64,000 nt of DNA from an uncultured Gemmatimonadota bacterium (GTDB lineage: Bacteria > Blakebacterota > Blakebacteria > Blakebacterales > Blakebacteraceae): the NCBI GenBank assembly GCA_964576115.1, contig CAZNUA010000014.1, positions 1-64,000 on the forward strand, given 5' to 3'. Of the stretch, positions 30,574-39,590 are shown in pieces. Numbering within the stretch: the stretch's first letter is position 1; the number at the start of each line of letters is the position of its first letter. A program made the position numbers and the translations under genes. The notes under the pieces were generated by a model. The model saw only the letters and a program-made list of their open reading frames with translations. It ran no database searches and was not told the origin of the DNA.

Positions 30574-32645
30574 CCGCCCGAACCGAACCCCCCGCCCTGA
30601 CCCCGCACGGCCTGGCCCGTGATGAGGCCCTCGAACTGCTGCGGCAGATGTGGGAGATCCGCATGTTCGAAGACCGGGTCTACGATCTGCTGGGACGCAA
30701 TGTCATCAAGGGCGCTTCGCACCTGTACGCCGGCCAGGAAGCGGTGGCGGTCGGCGCCGTCTCGACCCTGCGCTCAGACGACCTGATTACCAGCACTCAT
30801 CGCGGCCACGGTCACTGCCACGCCCGGGGGGCCAGCCTGGTGGCCGATGATGACGAGCGTCGGGAGCACTACAACCGCATGATGGCCGAGCTCTGCGGAC
30901 GCGAAACCGGCTACTGCCGGGGGCGCGGCGGTTCGATGCACATCGCCGACGTCGAGCGCGGCAACCTTGGCGCCACCGGCATCGTGGGGGGCAACATCCC
31001 CGTGGCCACCGGGGCCGGAGTGGCCCAGCAGCAGCTGGGTTCGGACCGGGTAGTGCTCTGCTTTTTCGGCGACGGAGCCACCAGTACCGGAAACTTTCAC
31101 GAGTCGCTGAACCTGGCCGGTCTCTGGGACCTGCCGGTGGTCTACATCATCGAGAACAACCTCTACGGCATGTCGGTTCCCCTCTCGGCCGCCGCGGCGC
31201 AGACGGCTCTGTCCGAGCGCGCCGGGATCTATGCCATGCCGGGCGAGGTCGTCGACGGCATGGACGTGCTGGGGGTGCGGGCCGCCGTGGACCGAGCGGT
31301 ACAACGGGCCCGCTCGGGCCAGGGACCGACCCTGATCGAAGCCCGCACCTACCGCTGGTACGGCCACTCCCGCTCCGACCCGCGCGCCTACCGCACCCGG
31401 GAAGAGGAAGCCGAATGGAAGGCCCGCGACCCGATCCCGGCCTTTGCGGCCTGGCTGGTCGAAAACGACGTCGCCGGAACCGAAGAGCTCGATGCCCTCG
31501 AAGCCCGCTGCGAGGAAGCCATCGAGGAAGCCACTGCCTTTGCCCTCGATTCCCCCCTCCCCTCCCCCGACGAGGTCGCCGCCGATGTCTTCGCCCCCTC
31601 GCCCTGGACCGAGGAGGAGTACGCCATCGAGAAGCGTCTGCGCGAACTCTCCCGCACGGAGGAGTTCGGGGGACGCACCCTGACCTACCGCGACGCCCTG
31701 CAGGAGGCGCTGCGCACCGAGATGGAGCGCGACGAGCGGGTCTTCGTCATGGGCGAGGATGTGGGTCTGTACGGCGGAGCCTACGGGGCCACCAAAGGGC
31801 TGTTCGAGCAGTTCGGTCCCCAGCGTATCAAGGACACCCCGATCTGCGAAGCCACCATCGGGGGTGCGGCGGTCGGGGCCGCCATGGCCGGCACCCGCCC
31901 GGTGGCCGAGATCATGTACGTCGATTTCACCCCCCTGGCCATGGACCAGATCGCCAACCAGGGAGCCAAGAACCGTTACATGTTCGGCGGCAAGACCACT
32001 GTGCCCATGGTGATCCGCACCGAGGGGGGTGCCGGGCGCTGCATCGCCGCCCACCACTCGCAGAGTCTCGAGGCCCTCTGGACCCACTTCCCGGGTATCA
32101 GGGTCGTCATGCCCGCCACCCCCTTCGACGCCAAGGGTCTGCTCATTGCCGCCATCCGGGACGACAATCCGGTCATGTTCATCGAGCACAAGATGCTCTA
32201 CGGCATCGAAGGGCCGGTACCAGAGGAGGAGTACCTGATCCCCTTCGGGGTGGCGGACGTCAAGCGAGCGGGCGAAGACGTGACCGTCATCACCTGGTCG
32301 CGCATGGTCCACCGGGCCCTGGAGGCGGCCGAGCGGCTGGCCGCCGACGGTCTTTCGGTCGAGGTCATCGACCTGCGCACCCTCGATCCGCTCGACATGG
32401 AGACCATCGCAGCTTCGGTCGAAAAAACCGGCCGGGTGGTGGGGGTGACCGAAGCCTGCCGGACCGGCTCCTTTCTCTCCGAGATCTCGGCCCGCATCTC
32501 CGAGGAACTCTTCGATATGCTCGACGCTCCGGTGGTGCGGGTGGCCGCGGCCGACGTACCGGTGCCGATGTCAGAAACCCTGGAGGATGCCGCCATACCC
32601 GGCACCGAGGCCGTCATCGCCGGCATCAGGGAGGTCGTGAGATGA
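30570..32645 (+). CDS. ThDP-dependent dehydrogenase E1, fused alpha+beta (AcoAB/PdhAB-like)
   Basis: GQEA, THRGHGH, GRGGSMH, FGDGA..N, TYRWYGHS (alpha); GEDVG, DTPICE, EIMY, HSQ, IDLRTL (beta). Confidence 0.92.
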   Translation: MTARTEPPALTPHGLARDEALELLRQMWEIRMFEDRVYDLLGRNVIKGASHLYAGQEAVAVGAVSTLRSDDLITSTHRGHGHCHARGASLVADDDERREHYNRMMAELCGRETGYCRGRGGSMHIADVERGNLGATGIVGGNIPVATGAGVAQQQLGSDRVVLCFFGDGATSTGNFHESLNLAGLWDLPVVYIIENNLYGMSVPLSAAAAQTALSERAGIYAMPGEVVDGMDVLGVRAAVDRAVQRARSGQGPTLIEARTYRWYGHSRSDPRAYRTREEEAEWKARDPIPAFAAWLVENDVAGTEELDALEARCEEAIEEATAFALDSPLPSPDEVAADVFAPSPWTEEEYAIEKRLRELSRTEEFGGRTLTYRDALQEALRTEMERDERVFVMGEDVGLYGGAYGATKGLFEQFGPQRIKDTPICEATIGGAAVGAAMAGTRPVAEIMYVDFTPLAMDQIANQGAKNRYMFGGKTTVPMVIRTEGGAGRCIAAHHSQSLEALWTHFPGIRVVMPATPFDAKGLLIAAIRDDNPVMFIEHKMLYGIEGPVPEEEYLIPFGVADVKRAGEDVTVITWSRMVHRALEAAERLAADGLSVEVIDLRTLDPLDMETIAASVEKTGRVVGVTEACRTGSFLSEISARISEELFDMLDAPVVRVAAADVPVPMSETLEDAAIPGTEAVIAGIREVVR

Positions 32646-34092
32646 TCAGCGAAGTCATCATGCCCAAACTGGGTCAGACGATGGAAGAGGGCCGGGTGGT
32701 GGAGTGGTTCAAGGCCGAGGGGGACGAGATCCGGCGGGGCGACATTCTCTACACCCTCGAGTCGGACAAGGCCGCTCTCGATGTCGAGGCCACCGGACGG
32801 GGCTGGCTGCGCCGGATTCTGGTCGCCGAAGACGAAGTCGTACCGGTCCTGACCGTGGTGGCCCTGATCACCACCGAGCCCGACGAGCCGATCGACGACT
32901 GGCGCCCGGTGGTACCGGNNNNNNNNNNNNNNNNNNNNNNNNNNNNNNNNNNNNNNNNNNNNNNNNNNNNNNNNNNNNNNNNNNNNNNNNNNNNNNNNNN
33001 NNNNNNNNNNNNNNNNNNCTGATCACCACCGAGCCCGACGAGCCGATCGACGACTGGCGCCCGGTGGTACCGGGTGCGTCGACTCCGACCACAGGGGAGC
33101 CGGGTGAGGTGTCCGAAGAACCCGCTCGATCCCCCGAACGCCTCGCCGCTTCCCCCCGGGCCCGCCGCCTGGCCGCCGACCGGGGTGTGGATCTGAAAAC
33201 GGTCGCCGGCACGGGGCCGGGAGGCCGGATCGTCGAGGCCGACGTTCTCGCCGCCGCCGTCTCTGCTGCGTCCGGCCCGACTCCGAACGCCGTGACGGAC
33301 CGAACGGGCCCCGCGACTCCGGGCGACGCCTTTCCCCGGGCCGAGCTGCCGGTGGCCCGGACCGTTCCCCTGACCGGCCGGCGCGGCCTGACCGCCGAGC
33401 GGATGACGCAGAGCGCCCGCACCATCCCGCAGGTGACCCTGACGACCGAAGTGGATGCCGACAACCTGCAGGAGCTGCGCGGTCGACTCTCGGACATGGA
33501 GGCCGGATGGGGTTTCGCCCCCGGCTACGCCGAGCTGATCGGGTACCTCACGGTGCGGGCTCTGCGCGAGCACCCGGAGCTGAACGCCCGTCTGAGCGCC
33601 GACGGCCAGGCGATCGAGATTCTGGCTGACATCAACCTGGGGCTGGCGGTCGACACCGGCCAGGGCCTGCTCGTGCCGGTCGTCACCGGCGCCGACGGAA
33701 TGGACCTGCGCACCTTCACCACCCGCGCCCGCGAACTCATCACCCGGGCCCGCGAGGGCACCGCCCTGCCCGACGATCTGGCCGGGGGCACCTTCACCAT
33801 CACCAGCCTGGGGGCGCTGGGCGTCGACGCTTTCACCCCCCTGATCAATCCCCCCGAGGCGGCCATCCTGGGGCTGGGACGCATCCGGGAGAAACCGGCT
33901 GTCTTCGCCGGCCGGATCACTCCCCGTCCCCTGCTGACCCTGAGCCTGGTCTTCGACCACCGGATCGTCGACGGCGCTCCGGCCGCCCGCTTCCTGCAGC
34001 GACTCGGCGAAATGATCGAGCATCCCGAAGCCGCGATCGCAGACAGCCGCGGGGACGGTCGGGCCACATCGGCCGGGGAGCCGGCATCATGA
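32642..34092 (+). CDS. Dihydrolipoamide acyltransferase E2 (interrupted by assembly gap)
   Basis: Lipoyl domain MPKLGQTMEEG..ESDKA; E3-binding ASPRARRLA..GTGPGGRI; catalytic FDHRIVDGA. The frame change across the gap is explained by a 55-bp duplicated flank. Confidence 0.9.
32919..33018. other. Assembly gap (100 N) flanked by an identical 55-bp sequence
   Basis: 32864-32918 is identical to 33019-33073. Confidence 0.95.
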
Positions 34093-34898
34093 AAAACGGT
34101 ATGCTCCCCGTCGAGCGGCAGCGCGAGATCGTCAGCCGGGTCGAGACCGCCGGCAGCGTGCGGACCGTCGAACTGGCCCGGGCCCTGGAGGTGGCCCAGG
34201 AAACCATTCGCCGCGATCTCGACAAACTGGCGGCCGAAGGCCGGCTGACACGCATTCACGGCGGAGCGCTGAGCCTGGCGAACGTACGCCGGGAAATCCC
34301 CTTCGACGTCCGCGAGGTGGTCAACCTGAAGCAGAAGCGGGCCCTGGCCCGGGCGGCGGCCGGATATGTGCGCGAGGGGGATGTGATCGCTCTGGATGCC
34401 AGTTCGACCGTGCGCGAGCTGGCCCGGCTCATTCCCGACGCCCCTCTGACGGTCGTGACCAATTCGATCGCCGTGGCGACGGTCCTGCTCGACCGTCCCC
34501 AAGTGCGGGTCGTCTCGACCGGCGGCACTCTCGACGGTCCCTCCCTTTCCTATGTCGGCCCCCCGGCCGAGGAGGCTCTGGAGCGCTATGCCATACGGCG
34601 CACCTTCCTGTCGTGCACCGCCATCGATCCCGAGCGGGGCCTGGCCGTCGCCACCGGGGAGCACGCCCGAATCAAGCGCCGTATGATGCAGCTTGCCGAC
34701 GAGGTCATCCTGCTCGTCGACGCCTCGAAGTTCTCGGCTCAGGGGGTGGAGTTCTTTGCCGCTCCCGACGAGGTGGACGTGCTCGTCACCGATACCGGGG
34801 CGCCGGCTGCAGTCGTCAAAGCGCTCAGGAAACTGGGGGTGACGGTTCGTCAGGGTGCTGCAGAGGATGCTGTTCCCGCTCGAACTCCCGGGCCTTGA
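34089..34898 (+). CDS. DeoR/GlpR-family transcriptional regulator
   Basis: ERQREI, ETIRRDL, RIHGGA, LDASST, VTNS, DASKF. Confidence 0.93.
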   Translation: MKNGMLPVERQREIVSRVETAGSVRTVELARALEVAQETIRRDLDKLAAEGRLTRIHGGALSLANVRREIPFDVREVVNLKQKRALARAAAGYVREGDVIALDASSTVRELARLIPDAPLTVVTNSIAVATVLLDRPQVRVVSTGGTLDGPSLSYVGPPAEEALERYAIRRTFLSCTAIDPERGLAVATGEHARIKRRMMQLADEVILLVDASKFSAQGVEFFAAPDEVDVLVTDTGAPAAVVKALRKLGVTVRQGAAEDAVPARTPGP

Positions 34899-35910
34899 GC
34901 CCGGTCGGGTGCTCGGGCCAGGTGCTTTCCGGCATGATGTGCTGACGCTGCATGGCCAACTTGCACCCCTGCTCTCCGTCACAGTTCACTCCCGGTTCGC
35001 AAGGATCAACGTGGATGATCACCTGGCTCTGGGGGATGATTGCCTCCAGGGCGTTCTCGATATGATCGACCAGCCGATGTGATTCCTCCAGAGTGCGGTA
35101 CCGGCAGACGGTCAGATGGAAGTCGATATGCTTCTCCGGCCCCGCCTGCCTGGTTCGCATGCGATGGTAATCGACATATTCCCCTTTATGCTCAGTCATC
35201 TCCTGTTCGATCAGTTTGAGATATTCAGCCGGCAGGCGCCGATCGAGCAGATCGCGCATCGCCTTCCAGGCCAGACCGGCGGATTGCCAGAGGATATAGG
35301 CGGCTACAGCGATACTCGCAACGGCGTCGGCAGCCTGCCAGCCGGTCGCAGTTACGATTCCGAGAGCGATCAGCACACCCAGGTGAGTCACCACATCCAC
35401 GCCGAAGGTCAGCGCGCTGCCCCGGACCGCGATACTGTCGGTCGTACCGGCCGTACGCCGCAGATAGCGGGCGGTCCACCATCCGATGGCGAGCATGAGG
35501 ACGGTAACGACTGCCGCCCCGAGCGGATTCCCGACCGCCCGTCCCCTTTCAAGATGCTCGACGGCCTGCCAGACGAGAACTCCGGCCGCAGGCAGAAGAA
35601 AAGCTACTTGTACCAGAGCTCCGAGGGGCTCGATCTTGCCATGCCCGAAAGGATGGTCGGTATCGGGGGGACGGGATCCCAGTCCGACCGCCAGCCGGGC
35701 GATCCCGACATTGAGAAAGTCGCCTACCGAATCAAAGGCGGTGGCGAGCAGAGCCAGCGATCCGGTCACGATACCGGCGGTACCCTTTATGAGGGCCTGG
35801 AAGACGGCGGAACAGACTGCAACCCGTAGAGCGGTTTGCTTGGTTTCTCGGGCCGCCTCAGCATCCTCGCGGCGGGCGATATCTCTCTCGAATACAGGCG
35901 GTTCGCTCAC
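34825..35910 (-). CDS. Cation diffusion facilitator (FieF-like) metal transporter
   Basis: PPDTDHPFGHGKIE, six TM helices, MRTRQAG, IHVDP; Cys/His-rich tail; convergent overlap with the DeoR gene. Confidence 0.9.
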   Translation of the reverse strand: MSEPPVFERDIARREDAEAARETKQTALRVAVCSAVFQALIKGTAGIVTGSLALLATAFDSVGDFLNVGIARLAVGLGSRPPDTDHPFGHGKIEPLGALVQVAFLLPAAGVLVWQAVEHLERGRAVGNPLGAAVVTVLMLAIGWWTARYLRRTAGTTDSIAVRGSALTFGVDVVTHLGVLIALGIVTATGWQAADAVASIAVAAYILWQSAGLAWKAMRDLLDRRLPAEYLKLIEQEMTEHKGEYVDYHRMRTRQAGPEKHIDFHLTVCRYRTLEESHRLVDHIENALEAIIPQSQVIIHVDPCEPGVNCDGEQGCKLAMQRQHIMPESTWPEHPTGLKAREFEREQHPLQHPDEPSPPVS

Positions 35911-35992
35911 AGATCGGGATCTCTTCCCACAGGTTCCTGGGTACCTCGAGGAAGATACCCGATTGTCAAATCCCGGACCAGAGCGGGTTCTC

Positions 35993-36841
35993 TCAGCGCA
36001 CCACGATCCCGGTTGAAGCCTCCGGCACGGCTTCGAACTGGATCTCCCCGCTGCTGAAGGCGCTGAATATTCCCAGGCCGCCGACGATATTGGTGAGCGG
36101 TTCGTTCAGATCGCGCGAGTCCTGCTGCCGGGTGGAATAGAGATCGGCATATTCCTGGTTGATGCGGAACACCCGGATCCGGTGGGTTCCGTAATGGGTC
36201 AGGCTCATGGGTCGCAGGAGGTATTCGTTCCGGGCCGTGGGCGGTGAGATGAACATCTGCGGCCCCCTGCCCCCAAAGGGCCGATCGGTCTCGACCGGAA
36301 CGGGATCGGCCTCGAGATTCTCGAGGACCACGAACCAGAGGGCATCCTCGACCTCATCCCAGGTGATGGTGAGCTCGTCGAACTCCGGTTGCTCACCGAA
36401 CGTGAAGCTCTCGATCACCTCGACCGTATCGCCGGACGCTGTCACGTTGGCGGGCGGTGAGGGCACGACGGTCTCGGCCTTCGCGGTCCTGCCGCCGGCG
36501 GCGACCTCGAGTTCGAAGAGATCGCCGATCTCCACGTTCAGGTCGCTCCCCGGGTAGTGATAGTAACCGCTGTCGCCGGCGCTCGGGACCAGCACGTACT
36601 CGAGCCCGTCCCTGTACAGGGAAATCCCGGCGTCATTCACGGGCGCCATGACCGTTTCCTGGCTGCCGAGCGGCAGGGGTTCGGTGAGCCTGATATCAGT
36701 CACGGCTTCTCCGGCGTAGAGATAGGCTCTGATGACGACCCCCGTCGTCTCCGGACCGGTGACGGTGCCCCCGGAACACTGCCCCAGCCCGAGCAGGAGA
36801 ACGACGGCCGTAGCGGGCAGATATAAGCGATGCGACATCAT
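35993..36841 (-). CDS. DUF4249-like lipoprotein (TonB-receptor partner)
   Basis: Lipoprotein-like signal with Cys; C-terminal TNIVGGLGIFSA; directly downstream of the TonB receptor. Confidence 0.75.
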   Translation of the reverse strand: MMSHRLYLPATAVVLLLGLGQCSGGTVTGPETTGVVIRAYLYAGEAVTDIRLTEPLPLGSQETVMAPVNDAGISLYRDGLEYVLVPSAGDSGYYHYPGSDLNVEIGDLFELEVAAGGRTAKAETVVPSPPANVTASGDTVEVIESFTFGEQPEFDELTITWDEVEDALWFVVLENLEADPVPVETDRPFGGRGPQMFISPPTARNEYLLRPMSLTHYGTHRIRVFRINQEYADLYSTRQQDSRDLNEPLTNIVGGLGIFSAFSSGEIQFEAVPEASTGIVVR

Positions 36842-36851
36842 CTCGTCCTCC

Positions 36852-39476
36852 TTACTTCAGACGGAACTTGACGAAGATCGTGGGTGTGAAGCCCAGCATG
36901 AGGGCGTCGGTCACGGTGATCGGGGTGGTGTCGAGCTGGTACTCACGATACCAGACGTTCTTGTGGTTGTAGGCGTTGAACAGACTCACTCCCAGTTCGG
37001 TGATCACTTTCTTCCCGATCCACTGGCGGGAGGCACTCACGTCGAGCCGGTGGTAGTCAGGCAGGCGGTTGGCGTTCTTGCCGCTGATATGGATGTAGCT
37101 GAGATACTCGCCGTCCAGGAGTTCGACGAAGTACTGGCTCTGTGGTGCGGTATAGGCCCGGCCGGTGGCGTAGGTCCAGGTCGCCGCGAAGGTCCAGTCC
37201 CCGACCGTGCGGCGTACGACGGCGTTGATCTCATGCCGTCGGTCGTGATCGGCCGGGAAGGGTTGCCCGTCATTGAACTCGGGGAAGGTGTGCTCCACCT
37301 GACCGAGGGTGTATCCCAGCCAGCCGGTCGTGAAACCCCGTTTCTTCTGCAGGAGCAGCTCGACCCCCCGGGCCGTACCGCTGCCGAGATAGAAGAACCG
37401 GTCGGGTCGATCGGGCTGTCTGATGCGCCGGGTGTACTCGATGAGGTTGTCCAGATTCTTGTAGTAGGCTTCGGCGCTCAGCAGCCACGAACCGGTCTCG
37501 TAACTCACCCCGGCGATGACGTGTTCGGCGAAACCCGGTTCGAGTTCCTCGTCGGCCAGGATCCAGAAATCCCGGCTGCCTTCGAGCACGTTCTCGTTCA
37601 CGATCCGATTCACGAACTGGCGGTAGTATCCCCAGGCCCCCCGCAGATCGAAGCGGTCGGTCAACGCGTATGTGACCGAGAACCGGGGATCGAGGTACGC
37701 CGTGCCGGTTTCTTCGAACCACGCCGCCCGTACCCCGGCGGTCGTTTCGAGCCGCCCGATCCGCCAGGTATCCTGCAGGTAGCCGGAATAGAGTCCGGCG
37801 GCCGAGGATCGATCGAGCAGCTTCAGGGTGTCGTTCAGGGTGGTCTGAAAACGGGCTTCGAACCGGGAGGCCTCGAGCCCGAACCCCAGTTCGTGGTTCC
37901 GTGACACGTTCCAGGCGGCATCGAGCCGCAGGGTGCGGTCCTCGACCCGGTTTTCTTCCTCCGAGGCCATCGCCAGGCCGCGGACCACGCCGATCGAATC
38001 CTGCTGGGCGCCGAACCGTTCGCCCATGTTCGTTCCCTGGTCGAACTCGCTGAAATAGACCGACCCGGCGACCAGCAGGTCGGTGCTGAACCGCTCGTGC
38101 CACTGTCGCGTCCAGAGCGCGCTCAGTCCCACATTTCCCCAGCGCTGGATATCGGTGGTCTCCAGGCTCAGTTGCTCCTCGCTGCCGGGGATCGTGAAAT
38201 CCGTCGAGCCGAAATCCTGCGAGCGATCGAGATTGTCGACCCCGGTATAGAAACTCAGGCTGACGGTGTTGCGGCCGATATCGAGCAGCGAGAGTTTGGC
38301 GTTGATGTCGGAGAAATAGAAATCGGGGCGGTAGGAACCGGAGAACATCCCTGCCCCGCCCCCACCCGGACCGCCGCCGGGCGTACCGCCGCGCACCTCC
38401 CGCCCCGAAGCTCCACCCTGATCGCCCGTCAGGGTGTCATAGATCTTTTCGTACAAACCGCTCTGCAGGAAATCGGTGAAGGACCGCCGGCCGGCAACCA
38501 TGAAGGTCAGGTGCTCGTTGAGCGGATATTCCACGGCACCGTTGACGCTCAGCAGGTTGGCGCCCACACTCAGCCGCGGCCGGTAGCGGTCGCCGGTCTT
38601 CCCGGTCAGGTTCACCACGCTCGACAGGCGCCCCCCGTAGCGGGCCGGATACCCGCCCTTGTACACCTGCACGTTCTTGACCGCATCGGCGTTAAAAGCA
38701 CTGAAGAATCCGAAAAAATGATCGACATGGTAGATCGTCATGCCGTCGAAGAGCACCAGGTTCTGATCGGGCGTGCCGCCGCGCACATACAGCCCCGAAG
38801 AACCGTCAGTCACTCCGCTGATACCGGGCAGGTACTGCAGGGAGCGGAAGATGTCGATCTCGCCGATACTGGGCAGGGTCGCCAGCTGTTCGGGAGCCAC
38901 GATGACCATCCCGGGCCGTTCGGTATTCTGCACCATCTCCTCGCGATAGGCCGTCACCGTTACTCCCTCGACTTCGAGCGGACGCGGCTGCAACCTGACG
39001 GTCAGAGGGTCCATTTCACCCGGCCGGTTGTTCACTTTCACAAACTGCGTCTCGTACCCGATATAGCTCACCCGCAGCGAGCAGATCCCCGCCGGTACCG
39101 CCACCAGCACGAAATAGCCGGCGGCCGTACTCATCGTCCCCTGGGTCGTACCAACCAGGATGACATTGGCGAAGGGGAGTCTTTCCCCGCTCTCATGGTC
39201 GGTCACATAACCCCGGATGTCGCCGGTGCCGACGGGTTGCTGGGCGCCGACGGTGGAGAGGGGAACCAGCAGCAGGAGGGTCAGAAGCAAGGCCGGTCCC
39301 GAGAATGGTGGTAAGGATGGCAATCGAAATGGGGATGGCAATCGGGATAGAGATGGGAATCGGGATAGAGATGGCAATCGGGATAGAGATGGGAATCGGG
39401 AGGGGAATCGTGATGAGAATCGGGCTGGGAAAAGAAAAACAAAGAAGATTGGAGATCGGCGCACAGGTTGAGCCAT
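36852..39476 (-). CDS. TonB-dependent receptor with N-terminal carboxypeptidase-regulatory-like domain
   Basis: GYVTD..GERLPFANV, SYIGY, plug YVRGGTPDQNL..DG, YGGRLSSV, RLPDYHRLD, FNAYN. Confidence 0.92.
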   Translation of the reverse strand: MAQPVRRSPIFFVFLFPARFSSRFPSRFPSLSRLPSLSRFPSLSRLPSPFRLPSLPPFSGPALLLTLLLLVPLSTVGAQQPVGTGDIRGYVTDHESGERLPFANVILVGTTQGTMSTAAGYFVLVAVPAGICSLRVSYIGYETQFVKVNNRPGEMDPLTVRLQPRPLEVEGVTVTAYREEMVQNTERPGMVIVAPEQLATLPSIGEIDIFRSLQYLPGISGVTDGSSGLYVRGGTPDQNLVLFDGMTIYHVDHFFGFFSAFNADAVKNVQVYKGGYPARYGGRLSSVVNLTGKTGDRYRPRLSVGANLLSVNGAVEYPLNEHLTFMVAGRRSFTDFLQSGLYEKIYDTLTGDQGGASGREVRGGTPGGGPGGGGAGMFSGSYRPDFYFSDINAKLSLLDIGRNTVSLSFYTGVDNLDRSQDFGSTDFTIPGSEEQLSLETTDIQRWGNVGLSALWTRQWHERFSTDLLVAGSVYFSEFDQGTNMGERFGAQQDSIGVVRGLAMASEEENRVEDRTLRLDAAWNVSRNHELGFGLEASRFEARFQTTLNDTLKLLDRSSAAGLYSGYLQDTWRIGRLETTAGVRAAWFEETGTAYLDPRFSVTYALTDRFDLRGAWGYYRQFVNRIVNENVLEGSRDFWILADEELEPGFAEHVIAGVSYETGSWLLSAEAYYKNLDNLIEYTRRIRQPDRPDRFFYLGSGTARGVELLLQKKRGFTTGWLGYTLGQVEHTFPEFNDGQPFPADHDRRHEINAVVRRTVGDWTFAATWTYATGRAYTAPQSQYFVELLDGEYLSYIHISGKNANRLPDYHRLDVSASRQWIGKKVITELGVSLFNAYNHKNVWYREYQLDTTPITVTDALMLGFTPTIFVKFRLK
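39316..39423. repeat. Coding tandem repeat: 4 x 18 bp (GATGG(C/G)AATCGGGATAGA) then 3 x 12 bp variants
   Basis: Read directly; encodes (S)R(F/L)PS(L) repeats before the signal-peptide hydrophobic core of the TonB receptor. Confidence 0.88.
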
Positions 39477-39590
39477 CGGTACACCACCCGCTCTGTGCTC
39501 GCGATCTCTCGGCACCTGAAAACTCTCACTCCTGCTGTACCGACACCACCTCCGGGAAGATCCTTGTGGTGGTTTTTCGAACGGCCTCCC

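Noticed and set aside
28369-32645. Long N-terminal extensions of the kinase (from 28369) and E1 (from 29619); likewise the PKS from 3067
   Set aside because: The extensions overlap upstream genes in another frame; the real starts overlap the upstream stop codons.
32642-34092. Frameshifted E2 pseudogene
   Set aside because: The frame change is fully explained by the N gap and the duplicated 55-bp flank.
30570-34092. Housekeeping pyruvate dehydrogenase operon
   Set aside because: No E3 gene, and it is embedded between a sugar kinase and DeoR; substrate left unassigned, so no gene symbol given.
39316-39423. CRISPR array or separate repeat-protein ORFs on the + strand
   Set aside because: Spacerless short tandem units; the + strand ORFs are shadows of the repeat.
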